A stretch of DNA of 64,000 bases from positions 89,805 through 153,804 of the forward strand of contig JARGFM010000005.1 of the NCBI GenBank assembly GCA_029210725.1, read 5' to 3'. Source of the DNA: Bacteroidales bacterium. GTDB lineage: Bacteria; Bacteroidota; Bacteroidia; Bacteroidales; GCA-2748055. Shown here one piece after another: positions 18,521-27,831 of this stretch. The notes below the pieces were generated by a model. That model was not told where the DNA came from. It saw only the letters and a list, made by a program, of their open reading frames with translations, and ran no database searches. The translations under genes were made by a program, and so were the position numbers. Position 1 is the first letter of the stretch, and each line of letters starts with the position of its first letter.

Positions 18521-20365
18521 ATGGGTAAAAACAGAATGGCATTTGTAACCGGGCTTACTTTTTTCAGCATGCTGCTGATTGCCCAGGATGTTGTATTCAC
18601 TGCATCGGCACCATCGCCAGTACAGGTGGGCGAGCAGTTCCAGTATGTGATCGAGGGATCTGAACGGGCCGAAGTCAGGATGCCTGCCATCGATAATTTC
18701 GAGTTGCTGGCCGGACCATATTCATCTTACTCGTCTCATTCAAACTGGATCAACGGGAAGATGACTCAGAAAACCCTGGTCTCTTACACCTACGTATTCA
18801 GGGCGGTTCAGGAAGGCACATTTACCATTCCGGCCCTTGCTCTCAAAGTGGGCAGAAAGGAATACCTCACCAATGAAGTGGAAATTACGGTAACTACTGG
18901 CAGAACCGGTGCTGCGCAGGGATCTGCAGGACAGGCTGGCCGGGAAAGTACTGAGGATGGGGCAGAGGTGAATTCGTCATCGGATGAGCCAGTGTTCCTG
19001 AGAGTGATCCCTTCCAAAAAAGAGGTCTATATCGGGGAGCAGTTTGTTTCCGGCTTAAAGATCTTCACCCGGATAAATACCAGGCCCGGATCGGCTGCCA
19101 GTGATCTGCCTTATGAAGGTTTTTACAAGCAAAGCCTGGAACCCGATGCGAATGCGGCGCAGCAGGAGATCAACGGACAGGTATACGTAAGCCAGGTTAT
19201 ACACCGTCATATCCTGATCCCTCAGAAATCGGGCGATCTGGAAATTGCTCCCTATACATCTGATTGGATGATTCAGCAAAGAGTGGAGCGTCAGAGAAGT
19301 AACAATCCCATAGATGCTTTTTTCGACGACCCCTTCTTTAACAGCTATCAGGATGTGCCTGTCACCCTGGCAACTCTTCCGGTAAAGATCCATGTGAAAC
19401 CTTTACCAGCAGGAGCGCCTGTGGGATTTACGGGTGCGGTGGGTGAATTCGACATGAAAGCTGAGCTCTCCGCCAGCGAGATTTCAGTCAATGAGGCTCT
19501 GAGTCTGAAAATCACTGTCAGCGGAGCTGGTAATATTCCCCTGATGGGTGAGCCGGAAGTAAACCTTCCGCCGGATCATGACCTGTATGATGTGACCCGG
19601 TCTCTCCAGATCAGCACAGCCGGGAACCGTATTTCCGGTTCGGTCACTTTTGAATATCCCATCATTGCCCGGCATGCGGGACGATTCAGGATTGCCCCGG
19701 TGCAATTTGCATGGTTTGATCCCCTTACAGGGTCTTACAAAACCACCTTAACTGAAGAATTCAGTTTCAACGTGCTCAAGGGGGAGATTGATGATAATAC
19801 CGGGGAGGTATATGCGCCGGGCGTGGTCCGGGAAAATGTCAGGAATCTGGGAACGGATATCCGGGATATTTCCCGACTTAGCCCGGTGTTTAGCAAGGTG
19901 AACAGCTCTTTGTTTGGAACGGTCTGGTACAGATGGTTCTATCCGCTTTCCCTTCTGCTAACAGTGTTGCTTATAATCCTGATTCGCCTGATAGCCCGCA
20001 GAAATGCAGATTTATCCCTGGTACGCAACCGGAAAGCCGGCAGCCTGGCCCGTGCCGGTTTGAAGAAAGCGGATCGCTTCAGAAAAGCGGATGATCCGGA
20101 CAGATTCTATGAAGAAATCGGGAAAGCCATCTGGGGCTACCTTTCTCATAAAATGAATATAGAGACCTCCGGACTTTCCAGGGAGGTGGTTCTGGAACAA
20201 ATTACAAAACGTAAGGTTCCACAGGCACAGCAAAATGAATTGCTCCGAATTCTGGAGGAAAGCGAATTCTCAAGGTTTGCACCCACCTCTGAAAGAAGTG
20301 ATATGAGCAGCCTTTACAAGGATGCTGCACAATTGATCAAGAATCTTGAAAACAGTCTGAAATGA
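18521..20365 (+). CDS. batD: BatD (oxygen-tolerance family) protein
   Basis: 614 aa with a signal peptide, beta-rich BatD-like domains, a late TM (YPLSLLLTVLLIILIRLI) and a cytoplasmic tail. Confidence 0.85.
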   Translation: MGKNRMAFVTGLTFFSMLLIAQDVVFTASAPSPVQVGEQFQYVIEGSERAEVRMPAIDNFELLAGPYSSYSSHSNWINGKMTQKTLVSYTYVFRAVQEGTFTIPALALKVGRKEYLTNEVEITVTTGRTGAAQGSAGQAGRESTEDGAEVNSSSDEPVFLRVIPSKKEVYIGEQFVSGLKIFTRINTRPGSAASDLPYEGFYKQSLEPDANAAQQEINGQVYVSQVIHRHILIPQKSGDLEIAPYTSDWMIQQRVERQRSNNPIDAFFDDPFFNSYQDVPVTLATLPVKIHVKPLPAGAPVGFTGAVGEFDMKAELSASEISVNEALSLKITVSGAGNIPLMGEPEVNLPPDHDLYDVTRSLQISTAGNRISGSVTFEYPIIARHAGRFRIAPVQFAWFDPLTGSYKTTLTEEFSFNVLKGEIDDNTGEVYAPGVVRENVRNLGTDIRDISRLSPVFSKVNSSLFGTVWYRWFYPLSLLLTVLLIILIRLIARRNADLSLVRNRKAGSLARAGLKKADRFRKADDPDRFYEEIGKAIWGYLSHKMNIETSGLSREVVLEQITKRKVPQAQQNELLRILEESEFSRFAPTSERSDMSSLYKDAAQLIKNLENSLK

Positions 20366-21171
20366 AACGGGGATCCATATTTATCATTTTAACGTTTTTC
20401 TGGAGCTCTTTTCTGAAAGCCTCCGGAGATACCATTTTTCTTAGCGATATACCAGAGATTCAACTGGAACAGGCAGATACAGACTCGCTGTTTGACCATG
20501 CCAATGACCTGTATCAGCAAGGATTGTTCGAATCGGCTCTGGAAGAATATAATGCCGTGATCCTTAGCGGATTTGAGTCAGCCGATCTGTATTACAATAT
20601 GGGCAATGCAGCCTATCGCGCAAACAGTATCGGTCACGCCATTCTCTATTATGAGAAAGCATTAAAAATGGAGCCTGCTCACGAAGATGCCCTTCACAAC
20701 CTGGATTTTGTTTCACAATATCGCATGGATGCATTTGAAGAGGTGCCCAGCCTGTTTATTGGTATGTGGATCAGATGGTTTGTCCGGATTTTTCCTGAGC
20801 TGACATGGAGTCTCCTGGCCCTGGTGTTTTTTACGATCATCCTTGCCGGTCTTCTGATATTCCTGTTCTCCAGAAACATGAGTATAAAAAAAACCGGCTT
20901 CATCAGTGGTCTTATTGCTCTGCTGCTGTTTCTTATCGCCTTCTCCTCTGCGCTATCGAGACATCGCGATATTATCAGTCCGGATACAGGCATTATCCTG
21001 GCGCCATCGGTGGTTGTCCGAAGCTCTCCCAGCACCAGTGGAACAGAACTGTTTGTTTTGCATGAGGGAACAAAAATTAAGGTCAAGGAAGAAGTGTCCG
21101 GCTGGCAGAACATTAAGCTTATTGACGGACGAGAAGGCTGGATTATGTCTCAGGATTTTGAATCCATCTGA
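20362..21171 (+). CDS. batE: BatE (TPR plus TM plus C-terminal SH3-like domain)
   Basis: 269 aa with TPR (YYNMGNAAYRANSIGHAILYYEKALKMEP), TM helices and a C-terminal GWQNIKLIDGREGWIMSQDF SH3_3-like end. Confidence 0.85.
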   Translation: MKRGSIFIILTFFWSSFLKASGDTIFLSDIPEIQLEQADTDSLFDHANDLYQQGLFESALEEYNAVILSGFESADLYYNMGNAAYRANSIGHAILYYEKALKMEPAHEDALHNLDFVSQYRMDAFEEVPSLFIGMWIRWFVRIFPELTWSLLALVFFTIILAGLLIFLFSRNMSIKKTGFISGLIALLLFLIAFSSALSRHRDIISPDTGIILAPSVVVRSSPSTSGTELFVLHEGTKIKVKEEVSGWQNIKLIDGREGWIMSQDFESI

Positions 21172-21183
21172 AAAAGCATCCTT

Positions 21184-21456
21184 TTAATAGATAATGGTGA
21201 ATGGGCCCAGTTGTTCCGGTTTCATCTCCCTGAGTTCAATTCCTTCCACCCAGCTATAAGCGCTTCCTTCCCTGCACCAGTTTATAAAACGGGTACAAGG
21301 TTCCCTTTCTCCGCAGATCACTGCCCTGACCGTTCCACCAGGCAGGTTCTCTACCCAACCCTTCAGTTGCATGGCCCGGGCCTCTCTTCTGGCGGCAGCT
21401 CTGAATCCAACTCCCTGGACTCTTCCGGTAATGATAATCTCGAACTGACTGATCAT
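21184..21456 (-). CDS. acyP: Acylphosphatase
   Basis: The 90-aa core starts MISQFEIIITGRVQGVGFRAAARREA (the GRVQGVGFR signature). The longer ORF start at 21657 adds an implausible N-terminal extension. Confidence 0.85.
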   Translation of the reverse strand: MISQFEIIITGRVQGVGFRAAARREARAMQLKGWVENLPGGTVRAVICGEREPCTRFINWCREGSAYSWVEGIELREMKPEQLGPFTIIY

Positions 21457-21491
21457 ATGAGTATGCTTGATCAAATTTAAAAGAATATTAT

Positions 21492-21516
21492 AAACAAGCG
21501 TTGTCATCGCTTGTTT
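21492..21516 (-). terminator. Possible intrinsic terminator downstream of the GAF-PAS gene
   Basis: A 9-bp hairpin AAACAAGCG/CGCTTGTTT has a 7-nt loop. On the minus strand it is followed by AUAAUAUUCUUUUAAAUUU. It lies about 160 nt after the stop codon, so the assignment is tentative. Confidence 0.35.
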
Positions 21517-21674
21517 CAGGAAGAGTAAAAGTCCACCGAACATGAGACCTGTCCGAAACAACTGACTGAGTTTCTGCTCTCTTGCTTTCTTCTGCCTGAT
21601 CGACGAGGGAGGGCCACTGGCGGGGCATGTTCCACCCTGGAAAAAACCTGACTCCAAAGAGATTATTTCCCGGA

Positions 21675-23375
21675 TCAGGGCAGAATAAGGAGTGAGTGGA
21701 GGAGTTCATCCTCCAGGTCTGTGCTGATCACCATCAGATTTACTTTCTCACCTGGTCTTCCGGGTAGCTGAAGCTCCTGGTCTTTGAATATTCCCGTTGC
21801 TTTTTTTCTGGCAGGATCGATAAATCCGGCAATGGTTTCCGAGGATTTTCCGGCAAGGAACAGTTTTTCAACCCGGCTGTCAAGAACCTCCTTCTGTCTC
21901 ATTTTCCAGCGCTTCTTAGCATGCCTGTTGAAGAATCGAACGAATCCCATATTGTTTATGGTGATCAGACTGTAGGGAAGCTCCTCCAGCACATGAACAT
22001 ACTGTTTCAGCTCCTTTTCAAACCTTAGCAGTTCCTGTTTTCTCTGAAGCCTGCTTACTTCAAGCTTCTTTTTTAAGTCCAGGGTGGCCAGACACAATTC
22101 TTCCTCCTGGCGGATCAGTTTCTTGTGCTGCTTCCTGGAAGCAAACTCCATTTCCTTTTCTTTGGAGATCTCGCTGGCCAGGTAGATCACTTTCTCCACC
22201 TCTCCGTACATATCGTTCACGGACAGGAAGGTGGCCCTGAACCATAACTCCTCTTCAAACTTGGAAATCATCTTTAACTGTCCCTGGAAGGCTTCCCCCC
22301 GGATCACATTCTCCCAGATCTCGCTGAATCGTTCCTGCTCGGCCGTGGAGAAGAAATCGAAAACGTTCATCCGGGCCAGCTCCATGATGGAGTATTTCAG
22401 GGATTCGCCAAACAGGCTGTTGGTTGACTGAAGCTTTCCGTCGGGAGAGAAGACGGCCTTGGCATTGAGGCGGTCGATGGCCTCGATCTGCCCTTCATAA
22501 TCCAGGTCCTGCTTTTTCTGTTCGGTGGAATCAATAGCCAGAAATAGAATCTTCTCCACACTCCCGTCATCCTGCCTTACGCAGGTATATGTGGCCATAC
22601 TCCAAAGGTCCTGGCCCATTTTGGTCACATGCTTCATATAGCCTTCAAAGTGCCTTCCCCCTTTTGATAATTCCTCCCAGAGTGAATCAAACCACTTGCG
22701 GTCCTTATCATGGATAAACGTGGAGATATGCTTTCCCTGAAGCTCTCTGTTCCCGGCATATCCCATCTTTTTCAGGAACCTCGTATTGGCATAGAGTAAA
22801 ATGCCGTCCGCATTGTAATCGGCTCGCATCAGGGTATGGTTCACCGTATTGGTGAAACTGATAAAGATCTCGGCCTGCCTGGCCGCCTTCTCCTGGGCCA
22901 GCTTAAGGGCCTCCATGTTTTGTCTGACCTGCTCTTCCTGAATGAGGAGCTGGTCTGCCTGGGCCCGGGTCTCTTTCAAGAGCTGTTCTGTTTTCAGGTT
23001 GCTCTCCATGGTGCTGATGGTGGTGGCCAGATTCTCTGCCACACGCTGCACAAACTGGATTTTATACTCCTCCAGTCTGTTAAACGAGGCCATTTCAATG
23101 ATCCCGAATACCTGGTCATTCCAGATCAGGGGTTCTATAAGAAGGAAGTTGGGATTCGCTTTACCCAGACCCGAAATCACGGCATAGGTCATGCTCTCCA
23201 TATCCAGAGAGTGCTCACGCAGGATATCCCCGAATCTGGCCAGCCCTTCCGATATCCAGTTTCGCTGCCGGTCATCCAGGCGTCGTTGGCGTTCCAGTTC
23301 CCGGTTTCTTAAGAGCGAAGCCTTCAGTTCATTCAAAGTATCGGACAGGTTTTGATCGGTAAGATTCAACTCCAT
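21675..23375 (-). CDS. GAF plus multiple-PAS sensor protein without recognisable output domain
   Basis: 566 aa. The N-terminal GAF-like segment (WNDQVFGIIEMASFNRLEEY) is followed by coiled-coil linkers and three PAS-like modules. No HisKA, HATPase, GGDEF or other output domain is seen before the stop. Confidence 0.75.
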   Translation of the reverse strand: MELNLTDQNLSDTLNELKASLLRNRELERQRRLDDRQRNWISEGLARFGDILREHSLDMESMTYAVISGLGKANPNFLLIEPLIWNDQVFGIIEMASFNRLEEYKIQFVQRVAENLATTISTMESNLKTEQLLKETRAQADQLLIQEEQVRQNMEALKLAQEKAARQAEIFISFTNTVNHTLMRADYNADGILLYANTRFLKKMGYAGNRELQGKHISTFIHDKDRKWFDSLWEELSKGGRHFEGYMKHVTKMGQDLWSMATYTCVRQDDGSVEKILFLAIDSTEQKKQDLDYEGQIEAIDRLNAKAVFSPDGKLQSTNSLFGESLKYSIMELARMNVFDFFSTAEQERFSEIWENVIRGEAFQGQLKMISKFEEELWFRATFLSVNDMYGEVEKVIYLASEISKEKEMEFASRKQHKKLIRQEEELCLATLDLKKKLEVSRLQRKQELLRFEKELKQYVHVLEELPYSLITINNMGFVRFFNRHAKKRWKMRQKEVLDSRVEKLFLAGKSSETIAGFIDPARKKATGIFKDQELQLPGRPGEKVNLMVISTDLEDELLHSLLILP

Positions 23376-23390
23376 CTGGCTTTTAAGATC

Positions 23391-23711
23391 TCAGGCAATC
23401 AGCGCATTGGTGAATTGCCTGAACTCCTCATTTTTTGCTGTTTCCTGCCGGATCCTTTGTGCAAGCGTATCCATTTGCTTAAAGCACCAGCCGGCTATGC
23501 GGGCACCGAAGTACAGAGACGGAAGGGCAAGCAGGTCGAGCAGATAGAGAAGAGGCAGATCGTTGTGCAGACTGGCTATCAGACGGAATGAAAAGACTGC
23601 GTCACGGGCATAAAGCAGCAAAGCGTACTGGATGATTGTCAGGACCGCTCCCAGCACAAAAGCAATTGCACTGTAACGGATGATCATCTCCTTTTTATCC
23701 AGTTCTATCAT
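23391..23711 (-). CDS. Two-TM membrane protein with coiled-coil tail; in the same frame as the downstream GAF-PAS ORF and separated from it by one TGA
   Basis: 106 aa with two hydrophobic helices, then AQRIRQETAKNEEFRQFTNALIA, then a TGA stop at 23393-23391. Five codons later, in the same frame, is the ATG of the GAF-PAS ORF. Confidence 0.55.
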   Translation of the reverse strand: MIELDKKEMIIRYSAIAFVLGAVLTIIQYALLLYARDAVFSFRLIASLHNDLPLLYLLDLLALPSLYFGARIAGWCFKQMDTLAQRIRQETAKNEEFRQFTNALIA

Positions 23712-23772
23712 CCACTGCTGCAGTAAGCACTAAATTTAGTTATTATTTTCTATTTTTACCGTCACTCTTGAA

Positions 23773-24153
23773 ATGCACCTGACTATGCTTAGAATCCTGG
23801 TCGTTGATGATATTTATACCAATCGCTACCTGCTTTCCGAACTCATTAAGTTAACCGGAAATGAAGCTGTACAAGCCGAGAACGGGGAGGAGGCTATTGG
23901 AATTCTCAGGAACCAGGTGATTCACGTGGTATTTATGGATATTGAGATGCCGGTGATGAATGGCGTGGAAACAACCCGGTATATCCGGGAGGAACTGCCT
24001 TCGCCCCTGAATGCCATTCCGGTAATTGCACTTACCGCTCATAATCCGGATATGTTCTTCGAAGACTATACCGATGCCGGCTTTGATGAGCTGGTCACCA
24101 AGCCTTACTCCGTAGAAAAAATTAAGGCCAAGATCAGGGAGTTGGCCCCATAG
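23773..24153 (+). CDS. Stand-alone response regulator receiver (REC) domain protein
   Basis: 126 aa with ILVVDD, FMDIEMPVMNG (phospho-acceptor Asp context), ALTA and KP motifs. No output domain. Confidence 0.9.
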   Translation: MHLTMLRILVVDDIYTNRYLLSELIKLTGNEAVQAENGEEAIGILRNQVIHVVFMDIEMPVMNGVETTRYIREELPSPLNAIPVIALTAHNPDMFFEDYTDAGFDELVTKPYSVEKIKAKIRELAP

Positions 24154-24160
24154 GCTCCAT

Positions 24161-24628
24161 TCAGAATGCTTTATGGATCAATCCCAATATCCTGGTAAGC
24201 GCAAGCTGGTCGACACTATTAAATGAAGCCGGTCGGTCCGAATCCACATCAAAGATGGCTGTGATCTCTCCCTGTTGATTGAAGACCGGCAGGGTGATCT
24301 CGGATCTGGACCGGGAGTCGCATGCGATATGCCCGGGGAAGGTATGGACATCCGGAACCACAACAGGGGCAGAGGCATTCAGGGAAGCCCAGCATACTCC
24401 CTTATTCTTCTCCAGTTCCTGGCAGGCCACCGGACCCTGGTAGGGTCCAACAATCAATCTGTCTGATTTGTACAGGTAAAACCCTGTCCAGAAGTAGTCA
24501 TCCATCTTATGATGCAATACTGCACAGATGGTGGCCATCCTGGCCAGGGGATCCTCTGTTTTGGGAAGCAGTCCTTCCAGTTGCCTTTGGATCCGTAAAT
24601 AGCGACCTGCTTTCTTTTTATCGTCCAT
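24161..24628 (-). CDS. msrC: GAF domain protein, free methionine-(R)-sulfoxide reductase family (MsrC/YebR-like)
   Basis: 155 aa. WTGFYLY...LIVGPYQGPVACQ...GVCW...HIACDSRSRSEI matches the single-GAF fRMsr family pattern. Confidence 0.8.
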   Translation of the reverse strand: MDDKKKAGRYLRIQRQLEGLLPKTEDPLARMATICAVLHHKMDDYFWTGFYLYKSDRLIVGPYQGPVACQELEKNKGVCWASLNASAPVVVPDVHTFPGHIACDSRSRSEITLPVFNQQGEITAIFDVDSDRPASFNSVDQLALTRILGLIHKAF

Positions 24629-24688
24629 TTATATTGGTTTTAATGGGTGCTCAAAAATAGGAATTATTATCTTTGGCCATCATTTTCA

Positions 24689-26269
24689 ATGATGAAGTTA
24701 AAAGAAGAGATAGAAAGGCGAAGAACCTTTGCCATTGTTAGTCACCCGGATGCAGGTAAAACCACCCTGACCGAGAAGTTTCTGCTTTTTGGCGGAGCCA
24801 TCAATGTGGCCGGAGCCGTAAAATCCAATAAGATCAAGAAAACAGCCACCTCCGATTTTATGGAGATTGAGAAGCAGCGGGGAATCTCTGTGGCCACCTC
24901 CGTGATGGGCTTTGAATACGGTGGTAAAAAAATAAACATCCTGGATACTCCCGGCCACGAGGATTTTGCCGAAGATACATACAGGACCCTGACGGCTGCA
25001 GACAGTGTTATTATTGTGATCGATGCAGCCAAAGGAGTAGAGGCGCAAACCAGAAAACTGATGAATGTATGCCGGATGAGAGAAACCCCGGTTATGGTTT
25101 TTGTCAACAAACTGGACCGTCCGGCCCTGGACCCCTTTGAACTGCTTGATGAAATTGAGCAGGAACTGGAAATCCGTGTCCACCCCCTTAGCTGGCCTGT
25201 AAGTATGGGTCCTGATTTCAGGGGTGTTTACAATCGCTTCGACCAAACCTTTCGTTCTTTCGAAAGCAGCAGCAAACAGGTTATTGGCAAGCTGCTGGAG
25301 TTCCGCGACCTCGAAGACCCCTTGTTTCAGAAACATATCGCCCCGCACTCCGCCCGTCTGGCGGAAGAGCTGGAACTAATCGGCGGGGTGTATCCCGAGT
25401 TTATCAGGGAAGATTATCTTTCGGGAGGCACGGCCCCGCTCTTCTTTGGCAGTGCCCTGAATAACTTCGGGGTAAAAGATATACTGGACTGCTTTATACA
25501 GGTGGCCCCTGCGCCCGGGATCGTGCAGACGGAACAGCGGGGAATTGAACCCGCTGAAGAGAAATTTTCCGGATTTGTGTTTAAGATCCATGCCAATATG
25601 GATCCCAATCACCGCGACCGTCTTGCTTTTATTAAGGTTGTCTCCGGTATCTTCGAGCGGAATAAAACCTATATACATGTCCGGACCGGAAGAAAAATGA
25701 AGTTTTCAAGTCCCACTTCTTTTATGGCGGAGAAAAAATCCGTAATCGATGAAGCCTGTCCGGGCGATATTGTCGGGGTTCATGATACGGGTAACTTCAA
25801 GATCGGTGACGCTGTCACCGAGGGGGAGGTACTCCAGTTCAGGGGTATGCCCAGCTTTTCGCCGGAGATGTTTCGTTACGTGGAGAATAATGATTCCACG
25901 AAATACAAACAGCTGGCAAAAGGACTGGAACAGTTAATGGATGAAGGGGTCGCTCAACTGTTTGTGAGCGTTGCCAATGGCCGGAAAATTATCGGTACTG
26001 TGGGTGCGCTTCAGTTCGATGTGATCCAGTACAGGCTTGAGCATGAATATGGCGCTAAATGCAGGTATGAGCAGCTTTCCATGCATAAAGCATGCTGGAT
26101 TGAGACCGCAGATGCTGAAAAGCTGAAGGATTTCAGGCTCAGAAAGTATCAGCAGCTGGCAACAGACAAGGAGGGACGGGAGGTCTACATGGCCGAATCG
26201 CCCTATGCCCTGCAGATGGCCCGGGAAAATTTCCCGGAGATCACCTTTCACTTCAGTTCGGAGTTCTGA
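24689..26269 (+). CDS. prfC: Peptide chain release factor 3
   Basis: Starts MMKLKEEIERRRTFAIVSHPDAGKTTLTEK, with the GTPase motifs DTPGHEDF and NKLD. About 526 aa. Confidence 0.93.
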   Translation: MMKLKEEIERRRTFAIVSHPDAGKTTLTEKFLLFGGAINVAGAVKSNKIKKTATSDFMEIEKQRGISVATSVMGFEYGGKKINILDTPGHEDFAEDTYRTLTAADSVIIVIDAAKGVEAQTRKLMNVCRMRETPVMVFVNKLDRPALDPFELLDEIEQELEIRVHPLSWPVSMGPDFRGVYNRFDQTFRSFESSSKQVIGKLLEFRDLEDPLFQKHIAPHSARLAEELELIGGVYPEFIREDYLSGGTAPLFFGSALNNFGVKDILDCFIQVAPAPGIVQTEQRGIEPAEEKFSGFVFKIHANMDPNHRDRLAFIKVVSGIFERNKTYIHVRTGRKMKFSSPTSFMAEKKSVIDEACPGDIVGVHDTGNFKIGDAVTEGEVLQFRGMPSFSPEMFRYVENNDSTKYKQLAKGLEQLMDEGVAQLFVSVANGRKIIGTVGALQFDVIQYRLEHEYGAKCRYEQLSMHKACWIETADAEKLKDFRLRKYQQLATDKEGREVYMAESPYALQMARENFPEITFHFSSEF

Positions 26270-26292
26270 TCTGCTTCCTTCCCTCAAGGACC

Positions 26293-27831
26293 TCAATCAA
26301 ACACCAGATCAAGGTATTTCAGGCGCAGGGCGGTCCACTCCATGAAATAAAGGAGCTCCTGATCCAGGTCGATGTTTTCACCGGCCCATCTAAAATTCTC
26401 CCGCTCAACTGCACCGCTCCTTTTAAGAAGGTCTGTGTATTGCCTCACGGGAGCCAGCAATGAATCCAGACAGAAGACCGACTCCCTGTAGTTCTCCCAT
26501 TTTGATTCAAGCAGCTCCTGGAACTCACCCTCCTCCTGCTCCAGAAGTCTGTTAAAGAGCCCGTTTTCCAAAAGACCATTGGTAGAGCTCTCTTCTCCAT
26601 GCCACATGATTCCCCAGGAGCCTTCCAGGTCCCATGGCAGGATCAGAAAACGGGATTGCTCCGGATACCGGGCCAGGTAGTAGTTCTTAATAATATTATC
26701 ATGTGCCAGTATCAGGTTGGTGAAGAGATAGTATTCGGCCATGCAGTCGAGGTCAATCAGCGTATCTATTTTCTCCCTGAAGAGTCTATCCTCATCCAGG
26801 ACTACCGTTTTCCGGAGTTCGGCAAGGGGACCCCAACACTCCTGATCATCCGGGAAGACCTGTTCCCACCCCTCCCACAAAAAGGACTCAGGAGGAGCGC
26901 TGTTATAAGTGGTAAATGCGGTTGCTCCGCCGTTCCAGTCAATGGCCTTATAGAGTACTCCTTCCGAACCGGAAGAACCTTCAGAGAGGTTTATTAAGGA
27001 TTCATCCAGTTTTTCAGTGAGGCAAAACAGGCCCATATATCTTTGATTAATAAATAGTTCTACAAATTTTTCCTGGATACCCGGATGAACCGTCCTCCAG
27101 GGTGACCCGCTCTTCCGGCTCCATATCTTCTCCCAGAGCTCGAAAGACAGTTTATTCCGCATGCGCAGCTTATCCACATACATGGCATCCAGGATCCAGT
27201 TCTCTCCATAACGCATGCCCAGTATAGGAGCGGAGCGGTCCTTTTCATAGATATTCTCCCAAAGCTCCACTCCGTAGGACTTTTTCTCAAGCTGGGCCGA
27301 GGTTCTTCCCCGTATCTCGATCCCCGCATAAGTGGCATACCCGACTGTCCGGCTTCCCGGGGCATCCTTTGTGGAAAACTGCAACTCCATCCAGCTCAAG
27401 GATTTGGGTTCGTCCCGGATCGGATATTCAGTGAAAATATGGACCAGGGGCAGATTTGTAAAGAATAGTTGAAAGGTATCTGTCCCGGTATTGCTTTGCG
27501 CCACCACCCTGTATGGATGATTCACCATCACCTCCCCCAGATCATTTATTTCATCGTTAACCAGCTCCCGTCCATTTATAGAGATTGCAGAATACTCCCC
27601 AAAATTCACCTGAGGCCTGAATGAAGGGAGGGTATCGGATGGCAGGGTATAGAGCAGCATACGCTCCTGCAGATCGACGAAGGCGTTTACCCGGTCAAAT
27701 TCAAAAACCCGCTTAGCGGGCACCTGCACCTCCGGATCCCGGATCACCTGCTCCTTGTAGCAGCCTCCCGTGAGGAGTGTGGTTAAAAGCAGGAGGAAGC
27801 AGGCTAAACGAATATAGTTAGAAGCAATCAA
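26293..27831 (-). CDS. CotH kinase family protein, lipoprotein (512 aa)
   Basis: Lipobox LLTGGCYKE. CotH patterns are present: IEIRGRTSAQLEKKSYGVEL, MRNKLSFELW, VELFINQRYMGLFCLTEKLD and LILPWDLEGSWG. Confidence 0.8.
   Translation of the reverse strand: MIASNYIRLACFLLLLTTLLTGGCYKEQVIRDPEVQVPAKRVFEFDRVNAFVDLQERMLLYTLPSDTLPSFRPQVNFGEYSAISINGRELVNDEINDLGEVMVNHPYRVVAQSNTGTDTFQLFFTNLPLVHIFTEYPIRDEPKSLSWMELQFSTKDAPGSRTVGYATYAGIEIRGRTSAQLEKKSYGVELWENIYEKDRSAPILGMRYGENWILDAMYVDKLRMRNKLSFELWEKIWSRKSGSPWRTVHPGIQEKFVELFINQRYMGLFCLTEKLDESLINLSEGSSGSEGVLYKAIDWNGGATAFTTYNSAPPESFLWEGWEQVFPDDQECWGPLAELRKTVVLDEDRLFREKIDTLIDLDCMAEYYLFTNLILAHDNIIKNYYLARYPEQSRFLILPWDLEGSWGIMWHGEESSTNGLLENGLFNRLLEQEEGEFQELLESKWENYRESVFCLDSLLAPVRQYTDLLKRSGAVERENFRWAGENIDLDQELLYFMEWTALRLKYLDLVFD

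Noticed and set aside
23391-23393. Reading the in-frame TGA as selenocysteine or as a reassigned codon
   Set aside because: Many genes in the window terminate normally at TGA (for example the DUF368 gene at 9857-9859 and the TonB receptor at 63778-63780). I see no convincing SECIS-like hairpin directly downstream, and the flanking residues are a linker rather than a redox motif.
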